Shown in pieces: positions 26,101-38,100 of a stretch of 64,000 nucleotides of DNA. The stretch is taken from contig NC_081360.1 in the NCBI RefSeq assembly GCF_030684315.1, positions 43,967,424 through 44,031,423 on the forward strand, written 5' to 3'. Positions within the stretch are counted from its first letter, which is position 1, and each line of letters opens with the position of its first letter. Made by a program: the position numbers and the translations under genes. The notes beneath the pieces are model-generated. The model saw nothing but the letters and a program-made list of their open reading frames with translations. It made no database searches and was not told the origin of the DNA. This stretch comes from Stegostoma tigrinum. Its lineage: Eukaryota.

Positions 26101-29100
26101 CATCCTGTTTGGACTGGGAAGAATGATAGTTTTTTGGGGAGAAGCCAATTGATGTGGACAGTCTTTCTGATAGACTGAGTTGTATTGTTCTGTCTTGAAC
26201 TTGTTGCCTTTAACTTGTGCAATCCTTCATTTCTGGTTGGCTGATCGGTTTAACCCGGATATGAGTCAGCTCTTATAGATCTTGAGTGTACACTCCTGAC
26301 TTGGAATTTCAGATTTCTGCTGTTCCTGCGTGTCTTCTGTCAGGTCTGAAGTGCTTTCTCTGTCATTCTCTGAAGTATTCTTCTGTGTTGACTGTTGCCA
26401 TGAGGTTTATTGGCATGATCAAGCAACAAGTATCTGTTTGTCTTGAAGTCTTCTGAGTCACCAGCATGTTTTTTGCCCCCCATTTTTCCCCTTGTTTGTT
26501 TTTGCAATTTACTTTCTCTTGGTTGGGTCCATTGAGAATTAGTGCTGGTAGCTGCTGCTAAGGTGTCCAGTCTCTGAGGGCAGGTCACCGATCAAATGCC
26601 ACCAGCTTTCTGGGAGCAGTGGCCTTTGTCTTAACTCGAGATGCCAAGGATGAATAATTGTAACTAGAACCCTGAAGTGCAAGTGTATAAGGTGGGTGAG
26701 AGGAGTCAAAACAAAGGGCAGTGAAATATCTTCCTTCAGGACCCTCCTTTCTAGTAGCAGATACTTTCAGTGAGCAAGACACCCAAGAATGAGGGAATGA
26801 TCTGCCATACACCGGCCCCCACATTCATCTGCATATTCATGGCATTCGTCCAATGGCAGCATCATAAGGCTCTTACTTGACTTTTTAAGTGATCACTTAA
26901 AGGCCTCAACAGGGCTTCAGGCAGGAGGACCATTGTCCAATGTATCAGATCAATGATGCTTCAGCAGAATGGGAGTAAAATGAGAGATCCAACAGGTTTA
27001 AAGCAAGTACAGAGGCCAGGAAATTGCAGAAGAAACAAAGAACAAAATAAAAGGTGTGTGATGAGACGAAAGGCAGGGAAAAATAATGACAAATTGATGT
27101 CAGTCCAAAACAGCAGTGTTTGGTAATGCAATAAATAAAAAGACAAGAGATGTTTTCACATTATAAATAATGAGAAAGCAGAATAATTATTAACAGTTCT
27201 GCATAGTTCCAGGTGTGATCCTGAGCCCCCAGTCAGTTTAATTCTCAGTTCTACTCCCAATTTCTGCCTTTGGCCTGCTACACTGTTCTGTTGAAGTTCA
27301 GAAAAGAGTATCTAATTCATGAATTAGATAAACTAATGCCTTCTGTAATCCAATGAATTGAATTTCAGATTGTAAACTTTGCCCCCATTTTATCCTGCAT
27401 TTTATTGCTTCATTTCTAAATGGAATTTGTTGCTATTGCCATTAATACTTCCTCTACACAGAACTTATCTCTTTTCTTATCCCATTACCACTTGCACTTT
27501 GGCTCTGGTAGCTCAGTTGGTTGGATGGCTGGTTTGTGATGCTCAGCGAAATCCAAAGGGCTGGTATAATTCCTATACCATGTAGGTCCCAACTTCTCAA
27601 CTTGCCCTTGCCTGAAACGTGATGGCCCTTGAGTTAAACCAGTTGTTTCTCTCCACTAAGAGCAGCCCAATGTTCCTCTGGTCCTATGATTATATCAGTG
27701 CTTTTCACCAACATCCCTTTTGCCATTTAATACTCTACAGTTCTCCCTATTACAGACCTTTTTTTGTTATTTTTCCTTTTCAGCTCATTTCCTGTGCATC
27801 TTTTCTTGCTTTAAACCTGTTATATTTGTAACTTTTTCAGTTCTGTTGAGAGGTCATCAGCTTGAAATGTTAACTGTGTTTCTCTCCCACAGATCTGCCA
27901 GACTTGCTGAATGTTTCCATTGCTTTCTCTTTTTTACTTTTGGCTTAGCAAATATTGTTTTTACTGTTTGTTTATGTTACACACTTTACTGAAATTTTAT
28001 TCTGTGTTTCAGGAGGTAGAGAATGAATTAGCACACATTACAGACATCATCAAACAGGCTGAAGTGTTTGATGTCCCAGAAGTAAAATCATTTTCTGAGA
28101 GGTTTGTCGTCCTGAACACTGAATGGAAAACATTGTGTCGGAACCTGAATACACGGGTCGATCATTTGCAATCTTACACGGCCTTTCTGAAACAAGCTGA
28201 AGAGGTGAATAATTCTTTTTTAAAAAATTATTCTATTGAAGTATTTTTGTTGTGCAGAATTCTGCAAAATTCTAATTTCTTAAATTAACAATTCTAGTTC
28301 TGAGATTAGCAAGACATTTTATGTTAAAATCTCACATTGCTTTAAAATTTTCAAAGTTTGAAAGGTTAAAAGCCTAATCCCTAACAAAAAGATTATTTGT
28401 TGACCATTCTGAGAAACATTCACCAGGGTGAGATCAGTAGTCCTTGGGTTTAAAGATAGTTTATTAATCTTGCACATTATGGCGACTCCTGAGGAACTTC
28501 AGCTTTTAACAGAGTCCTGTTTTTCAACAAGACTATATGCAACTTGCAGAATAGAGGACTTATATTGAATATAAAGCAGTGGCAGATTATTACATAGGTC
28601 ACAGCTCAAATGTAATGACCACCAATATGCAAAAAAAAAGTGCTCAGTTGAGTAGCTTTGCAAGTTTATTTGACCACTCGGATAATATTGTCACGACACT
28701 GCATGCTTTGTCATATTCACTGATCCAAATATTGATAAGGAAGGCATTTTTATTTGGTTTTGCCATTATTTACAGTTCAAAAAGTCTCAATATTTAGACA
28801 AATAGTACTCTACTTTTCCTAAAGATCTGCACTGATGAATGTACGTAACATGGCTTGGACAAAATCAGTTGCTATGACCAAAGTCTATTTTTTATATAAT
28901 TTTCCTCAATACTTTTCTCAAATAATTGAGACATAGTCATGATAAAGCACTATTTATCCATACATATTTATAATGTTATATTTTACTAATTTGCCAATAT
29001 TTTAATTGCCCAATAAAATGCTTTCATTTCTCACAGGATCCACTGATGGAGGCCACTCAATGTAATCCTAACTTGTTTCAGATATTGTATCTTATTATGA

Positions 29101-32100
29101 TGTTAACTAGCTCTGAATAATGAATTCCATTAATAATGAATACAAAAACATCATGTAACCAATTAGAATAAGTTAATAATAATTTGTTAATAAAAGAAAT
29201 GACTTTCCAAGATATCATGTGCATATATTTATTGAGAAGCTGGAAATGAGACCACAGAAACTGGAGTCTCTCACTGTGGGATATATACTGTCCCAGGTAT
29301 CGATGCCTCAGTGCTAGGAAGTGCACATGTGCTTGGCACCTTTAGCTATACCAGAACCTGGCAAACTGGTATTGTCATGACAGCAAGCAACCCTAAAAGC
29401 TGATCTGATGCTATACTTACAAACTTGGGCAATGCAGGTACATTCAATATATCTGCTTAACACTCAAAGAACAAAAGCTGCCCAAAGCGGTAGCATTGTT
29501 CTAAGGGCCAGCAAACCGACCTGAAGGTTTCTTTAATTTAAAAAATTGTTTTATGGGGCATGAACAATGCTTAAAAAACCCCATTGTTTGTTGCCCATCC
29601 CTAATTACACCTAAAAGTAGATGGTGATCCTTCTTAAACCGCTACAGTACATGTGACACAGGGGTGTCCACTTTGTCATGAGCGAATGAGTTCCAGGATT
29701 TTGCTTAGCGACAATGAAGTAGCAATATACAGATACAAGTTTAGGTGGTTTGCAGTTTAGACAGGTATTTTCGGGTGGTGGTATATTAGATAATTTCGGG
29801 ACGTTGGATGCCTTCAAGGCAGAGATCAACAAATTCTTGATCTCAGAAGGAATCAAGGGCTACGGGGAAGAGTGCAGGGAAGTGGTGTTGAAATGCCCAT
29901 CAGCCATGATTTAAATGGCAGAGTGGACTTGATGGGGCGAATGGCCTTACTTCCACTCCTATGTCTTATGGTCTTATAATTAGAATAAATTACTCTTTTA
30001 TAAAGTGTCTATGAGTTCAGTGGAGTGCTTTTGGAGATTTTGTGTTATGTTCCCAGATTTTTCAGCCATATAGCTGTATCCTTAGACAGAGGGCACACAA
30101 TTTGGTAACCTGATCATGGAAAACTGCAATTGGCCTGTGGTTCTGCAATGTAGCAGTGAGATGGAGCAAAGGTTATAGAAAGGACAAACGCTGCGTGACT
30201 TTTTCTACCATGCTGGAGTTTGAGTCTTTCGTTATTATTAAACAGTAACAGGAGTATCTAGCAAGCCAGCTGACATAACCCTAACATCTCAGTTTGTACA
30301 TTCTCCTACATGCTACGGCATCAAAGTCCCCATCTGAGTCCATTATAGCCTAATGTGTACGTGACCTTGTTCTGCAGTAAGCTGGAAAACTGAACTGTCC
30401 TTCCACTTAATTTGCTTTCAGTCCAATCCTAGTTGATCAGTCATCACAAATAGAGCCCAATTCCCTACTAGCCTCCAAGTTTCTATATCTGAGCTGGCCA
30501 TTGAGAAATCAAATGCTAGGTGCTCTTCATCAGCTTCGTGTTGTTTGTTTCTTCCTCCAATTGTGCAGTAGCTGGGTGGGCAACAATTTGGGGCATGTCT
30601 GAGAGCAGAAATCAGAAAATCTGGAATGGAGGAAGTGAGCTGTGGTGTAAAGCGAAATATTAACACACATACTATCTGCAGCTTGCTCATCACAGTCAAT
30701 GATATGGTAGCTAGCAGTTGAGAGAGGAAAAAGACAGTATCGTACCTTTGTCCTCAATGTCATCAGTGATACTATGTCCTTTGGGCGCTGTAGCTGTCTG
30801 TTGTATAACGTAGGAAATCAGCTCATTTGTAGCTTTCAGCAATTATAAGTGTCCTCTGCCCCCACCTAATCTGCCATGTAACCAATATAAAATAATGAAA
30901 CAGTTGGAAAAAATATGACTTCCCAGCATATAGTGTACATAAATTTAATGAGAAGCTGGAGACGATACCACAGAAACTGGAGTCACTCCCAGTAGGGTGT
31001 ATACTTTCTCCATTGACACGAGCCACTGTGCTCTATCTCAGTGACTCTGTTGCACTATATTTATGGAGACATTGGCTCAATGGTAATGTCACTGGATGAA
31101 TGATCCAGAATTCCAGGCTGATGTCCTGGGAATTCAAATCTCATCATGGCAATGGTGAAATTTGTATTCAGTGTAATAAAACCAGAACAAGGAGCTAGCC
31201 TAATGGTGACTGTATAACCTCTGTCAATTGTCACAAAAGTCTATCTGGCTCACGAACTGATCTGACTGCAGAGTCACAGCAATGTGGTTCTCTCTTAATT
31301 GCACCCTGAGCCATAAATGTTAGCAGAACCAGCAATGCCTACATCCCATGAATGAATTCTTAAAAATGGCTGAGGGTGGGTGAGTAATTTGAGCTATGTG
31401 GAAGCAAAAGAAATTAGATGTGCATTTTTGACTGTTTGTGGATGAGGCAGAGTAACTGGATTTGATGTCTGAGTCCTGAGAGTCATGGAGAGCTGCTGGA
31501 TGAATGGTGGGAGTCTGATCAATTGAGCAATGCGAGACATTGGTGGAGTGATGTATGGGGCCATTGTGTTTGTTCTGCCATTGCTGCCAAGACTTTGTGT
31601 CCTGAAACTGGGAATTGATATCCCTGAATACATGCTGAGTAATCCTTAAAATCTCCTGGCCCGCTTTGGAAACATTATCTTTCTCCACCTATCTGCCAGC
31701 ATGTCTAAGGCCTCCAGAATTAAAACTGCCCTCCCTTGATCATGGAGTTCTTACTACCGTGTTTTTGAAATAACGTTTTATGAATTTTCAAACAGTAAAT
31801 AGGTGCTTTGAATGTTCTCAGTGTACTTGTTTTTATCAATCATTTAGTTTATGATTTGTAAGCTACATGAAATATTTCAGTTCCCCATGATTTGTAAGCT
31901 ACATGAAATATTTCAGTTCCCCATCAAGATGTTTCAAGATTAAGTTATGCAACATTGTTTTGAAACTAATCTCTATATTACATTTGACATGAATCAGGTC
32001 GAAGCATCTATGCAAAGTTTAGAAGATTGTTTCCAGTCTCATTCAATGAAGGATAATGAAGAAAATGTCAGGTCATTGTTGGAGCTTGCTGATTCCAAAT

Positions 32101-35100
32101 GGCAGTTGGTCCTTATGAGTTTTCTTTCCCTCCAAGATCTGGGGTTCAACTTTAAGAGTGCAGTAAATATGGCAAGTTTTTTTTGTTCAATTAAACTACT
32201 TTAATGCATGTTTCACAATTCATTTGTTAGCTGTAGAATTCAAGGTTGTTTGTGCTTGATAAACTGCTTTGTTGTGCTTGTGCTGTTATGTTGCTGTAAT
32301 TGTTCTCCTTGTACATTCTCAAGTGAAATTTTCCAAATTATGTAGCCTGTATATGCTGGGTCAAAATCCTGGAACTTACTTTCTAAATAGTACGATAGAC
32401 TGCAGTAGTTCGACAATGCAACTCACCACCACCTGCTAAAGGCCACTGAGGGGTAGGCAATAAATATCGGCCTAGCCAGTGATTCCCGCATCTCGTGAAT
32501 CAATAAAGGAAATAATTTTTCAGGGATAAAAGCATCAGAATATAATCAACAATATTATACTCAGTTAATTACAAATTTTGCCCTGAAGAACTTCATGAAA
32601 AACTTTTGATTTCTTTCAAGAAGAAGCATTTTGAATGGGCCAGCCAGGTTAACTATTACTTTAACTAGATGCACACATCAAACAATTATTTTCATAAATC
32701 TCTCATATCTGCAGGGTTGATTGGCACTCGTTCGTCCCCATCATAGGTTTGGCAGCATTGGGCATTTAATTGGGGATGAGGGTGGGAAGTGAGCTGGGTG
32801 AAGACCTCTTCCTAATTCAATACTGATTAAATCTGTAGAGGAAGGGTCTGTGGATGGCTTCCTTCCCTTTGTCAATTGAGGCTGTGAAGTGAATCATTAA
32901 TATGCACTTAAGGACCGTATCTCATTCTAATGATGTTAATTCAGCGGCAGCAGAGGTGACTCAGCACACAAGAAGAAGCCATGCAGATGGCCCACTGGGT
33001 CCCAAGGGGGTCCTTTGTTCTAAGGCACAGTGCCTGGTTTCAGTAACCCAGTTTCAGAAGGGAGGCCCACCAAATGCAACCTACTTGGCATTACAGCCCA
33101 TCTGAAAACCAATACCCCATCACCTCTCCACCCCTGTTATCACTCATCTATGGTCAGGGCCTCTCTAAGTTTTGAGACCTCAGCCATGTATCCTACTGAT
33201 CCAGCCACTGCTGCCAATTGGCACTACAGTTCAATAAATTTGTTGAGCCCTGAGTGGACAGCAGCTCTTAGCAAATGATATTTTGTCTCCAAGATCCTTG
33301 ATCTTTGGGAAAGCTGACATTGTCCAACTCAGTGCTTGAATGATGTTTCACACAGTGGGTCTTCCCTAATAATTGGCTTGACAGCGGGCAAGTAAGATTC
33401 CTTTTCACTCCGTTAAATACCATCCATTAGATTTTAAGATATAGGAGTAGAATTAGACCATTCAGCCCACCAGGTTCACTTTGATCATGACTGATATGTT
33501 TCTAAATCCTAAACCTCTGCCTTTTCCCCATTATGCTTGATCCTCTTACTAAACAAGATCTACATCCATCCTAAAGATAGTCAGTGACTTGGCCTTCACA
33601 TCCTTCTGCAGCAATGAATTCCACAGATTCTCCAACCTCTGGAAGACATTCTGCCTAAAGGGTCTGCCCTTAACTCTGAAGCAGTGCCTTTAGTCCTGGT
33701 CTCTCCTGCTCAAGGAAACATCTTTTCCATGCCTGCTCTATTCAAGCTTCTTAGTATTCTCTAAATTTCAATCGGATCCTCCCTCATCCTTCTAAACCCC
33801 ATTGAGTACAGACCCAGAGTCTTTGCCCACTGTTTTACCTGCATTCTTTGCTCCCCATATGAGCCTGTCCAAGTCCTTCTGCAGTCTCCCCGCCTCCTCA
33901 ACACTACCTGTCCCTCTACCATATCTTTGTGTCATCTGCAAACTTAGCAACAATGCCCTCAGTTCCTTCATTCAGATGGTTAATATATAAGATGAATAGT
34001 TGTGGTGCCAACACTGACCTCTGCAGGACTCCACTAGTCACCAGCTGCTATCCTGAAAAAGATCCCTTTCTCTCCACTCTCTGCCTTCTGTCAATCAGCC
34101 AATTCTCTATCCATACCAGTACCTTGCCCCTAACACCATGAATTCTTGTTTAGCTACTTCCTGCATGTCAGCTTGACAAAGGCTTTCTGGAAATCCAAAC
34201 AGATCACATCTATTGATAACAAAGTGTGGAGCTGGATGAACACAGCAGGCCAAGCAGCATCTCAGGAAGTGCTCCTGAGATGCTGCTTGGCCTGCTGTGT
34301 TCATCCAGCTCCACACTTTGTTATCTTGGATTCTCCAGCATCTGCAGTTCCCATTATCACAGATCACATCTATTGGCTCATTTTTGTCTTGCTCTTTACT
34401 TCCTCAAAGAACTCTAACAGATTTTTCAGTCATGGCCTTCCCTTCATAATACCATACTGACTCAGCCCTATTTGACCATGCACTTCCAAGCACTCCTTCA
34501 TCTCATCGTTAAGAATGGACTCTAAAATCTAACCAACAACACAGGTCAGGCTAACTGGCCTATAGTTCCCTGTCTTCTGCCTCCTTCCCTTCTTCAATGG
34601 GGGTGTTAACGTTAGCCATTTGCCAGTTTTCTGGGACCCTCCCTGACTCCAGTGATTCCTGAAAGATCACTACCAATGCCTCTAGCACTGTCCTCAGCTA
34701 TCTCCTTCAGAACTCTGGGGAGTAGTTCCATCCGGTTTGGATGATGTATTCATCTTAGGACCTTTCACCTTCTCCAGCATCTTCTCCTCAATGATGGCTA
34801 CTATGTTCATCCCCTGACTGTCTTGAAGTTCTGGTATGCTACTGTTATCTTCCAATGGGAAGACTGATGCCAAGTACCTACTCATTTCCTCTGCCATTTC
34901 TTTGTTCCTCATTCCTACTTTTCCAGCCTCATTTTCCAATGGTCCAATGTTCATTTGTGCCTCGGTCTTATATTTTATATATCTAAAAGAACTCTTGAGA
35001 TTTTCCTTTGTAATACCAGTGAACTTACAGTTATATTTCATCCTCCCCTTTATATGCTTTTCTGGTTACCCTTTGCTGTTTTTTAAAGGCTTTTCAATCC

Positions 35101-38100
35101 TTTGGTTTGCCACTGATCTTCACCACATTGCAAGCCTTTTCTTTTGCTTTTATGCTGTCCCCGACTTCCCTTGTCAGCCATGATTGCCTTGTCCTCCCCT
35201 TGGTCAGTTCCTTCTTCCTGGCGATGAACTTCTGCTGTGCCTCCCGAATTATCCCCAGAAACTCTTGTCACTGGTGCTCCACTGTCTTCCCTGCTAGTCT
35301 CCCCTTCCAATCAAGCTCCTCCCTCATGTCTGTGTCGTTACCTTTACTCAAATTTAAACTGTTACGTCTGATTCAGCTTCTCACCCTCAAAATGCAGGAT
35401 GCATTCTATCATATTATAGTCCCCATCCCTAGGAGTTTCTTCATGTTAAGTTCCCTGATCAAGTCTCTCTCATTACATATCAACAAGTCCAGAATTACCT
35501 GTTCGCTAGTGGGATCTGCCACAAGCTGGTTCAAAAAAACTATCTTGTAGACATTTCATGAATTCCTTTCCTTGAGATCTGTTAGCAACCTGATTTTCCC
35601 ATCCACCTGCATACTGAAGATACCCCATGATTATTGCATTAGTGCCTTTCTTACATGACTTTTCTATCTCCTGATTTATTTTCTTCCCCACATCCTGACG
35701 ACTGCTAGGAGACCTGTAAATAACTCCCATCAAGGTTGTTTTTCCTTTGAAGTTTATTAACTTCAGGACGGCACGGTGGCACAGTGGTTAGCAGTACTGT
35801 CTCACAGTGCCAGGGACCTGCGTTAGATTCCAGCCTCGGGTGACTGTCTGTGTGGAGTTTGCACATTCTCCCTGTGTCTGGGTGGGTTTTCTCCCACAGT
35901 CCAAAGATGTGTGGGTTAGGTGGTTAGGCCATGTTAAATTGCCTGTAGTCCTCAGGGATGTATAGATTAGGTGGGTTATAGGGGGTTGTGTCTGAGTGGG
36001 ACACTCTGAGGTTTGGCATGGGTTTGTTGGGCCTGTTTCTTGTAGGGATTCTGTTATCTATGATAACTACACCCACACAGATTCTACACCTTGCAACACT
36101 ATATCACGTCTTGCTATTGATTTATTTTCATTTCCTATTGAAAAGACAACTTCTCCCCTCTGCCTGTCTGCCTGTCCTTTCAATAGAATGTATATCCTTT
36201 GATATTTAGCTCCCAGCCTTGATCCCCTTGCAGCCACATCTCTGTGACCTTTTTTTTTTGCTTAGGTTAACAATCCCTATCTCCATGTTTTAGTGTGTTG
36301 TTGCTGTATTGTAGTGGTAAGCATTGTAATAAAACTATATGGAAAATGTAAGGGTGAGGTCTTGATCCAGTAACCAAAAACTCCTTGCGAGTCCGATGTC
36401 TTGTTCAAAATAAGTGACCTTTTTTGGGCAAGGAGTAGTCACAAATTATTGTACAGTTCTACAGTATCATATTTAAACTAATTGAGCAGCCAATTTAAAC
36501 AGTTACAAGCATTTATCTGACTAGCTCTTTCTCTAATTACAACATCTCCCAGCTTAATCTCTTCCGTGATCTGCTATCTCTTGATTAGGTTATGAGTGTG
36601 CTTCTGTGTGTCACCTAAGTTTTACGTCAAGTATCCTACGATCCTTATCCATCAATCTTCCGTAACTGATATTCTTCTTTGGCCCCTTGATAGCACCTGG
36701 CCCAACTTAGCCATCCCCATAAAATTCTCTGCTCATCAAGTAAGCTTGAGATCCTACCAGTTTTGACCAGCTTCGGATCCTTATCTAGCATTCTCTTATG
36801 ACTTTGCCTGTGTCCTAGTGTCTTAGCTTATTCTAGAATTGAACGTTTGTGTTATAATTTATCATGTATCAAAACAAACTACAACTTGTCTAAAACAGGT
36901 ACTCAAACTAAACTATACTGTGCTCCTAGCTCCATTACTGATGGCCAGACAATAGATTTTCACTGTTTCATTTTCTAATGTTTAATGTTTAACAAGTGCC
37001 CCTCTGGTTTGCTGAGTGCTTTGGTTACCACCCTAGTAATGTAACGGTATGAAATTCGATGAGCAGTCCAGTAGCAACTGGCAATTGTGCCCATCAGTAC
37101 ATTTGAAGCAATTGTATTCGAAGCTGAATATCCACCTGATATCCCACATCCAAGTGTCTGCTGCCACTGTGTACCGTCAACCTTGTCTTTCACTTCCTCA
37201 CTGAGTTGTTTGATCTCCTGTATGATTCACTGATGCTGCTTCATTGCTGCCCAGCCCTCTCCCCTCTTCTTGTAGCTATTCTGCCAGTTTTGGAATTCAC
37301 ATTCCTTTGGAAAGGCAGTAGCTCAGCAAGAGCATAGTTAGATCATTAGCTATGTTCGTCCACTCCCTATGGGAAGACCAGATGTTAGTTTTCACTGAAC
37401 GTCTCATTGTCAGTGATACCCCGGCATGGAATCAGAATCTCAAGTTACTCACGTGGCAGTGGGTATTATCATACTGGTATTGAAGATCACTGGTGGTCCC
37501 CTTTTCCATGGTATGCCACCTATGTCAGTTTGTGGTGGGTGCTGGAAATTTCAAGGGCACAGCTTAGTATAAAACTAATACTATACAAGACTCTCAAATG
37601 TAATCCTATTTGGAAATGTGCAGATCAACATTATTCTCTACAACCAACCAGGAAATCGGTCCTGATCGTGTATTTGGGGCTTGGGGAAGTCCTTTAGTTG
37701 CTTGTTATCTCCCATTCAATCCCTATGTTATTCAGTGTTTTGCAATCATGTTTATTAAATTCAAAACAAGCTTTAAATTCAGGTTGAACATCGGACTCGT
37801 TATCATTTAGATGTCAACAAGCTCATTGTAGCTTACAGAAATAGTAAGAACTGCAGATGTTGGAGTCCGGGATGACGCAGAGAAGTTTCTTTCTGAAGAA
37901 GGGTCCTGACTCGAAATGTCAGCCTTCCTACTCCTCTGATGCTCCCTGGCCTGCTGTGTTCCTCCAACTCCACACTGTGTTATCATTGTGGCTGACAGCT
38001 CTAATTCATTACGAAATGCAGACTGGCTCGCCACAATTATTCCAATTTTTTTCGTTTCAGACTTGGGGTTACAATGAATATGTTGGTGCTTTTTAGTATA

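Larger units (their letters stand above)
33430..36245 (-). mobile_element. CR1 LINE, about 2.4 kb of ORF2 (endonuclease to 3' end) with internal deletions and two nested insertions
   Basis: - strand GVIYRSP...IIMG (APE endonuclease), FRYIK, RT FQKAF region and 3' tail; interrupted at 34216 by a hairpin element and at about 35765 by a SINE. Confidence 0.88.

Noticed and set aside
35767-35840. tRNA genes at SINE heads (also 50575, 7931, 31065)
   Set aside because: The tRNA-like heads continue into SINE bodies and LINE-type tails, and no complete cloverleaf is evident.
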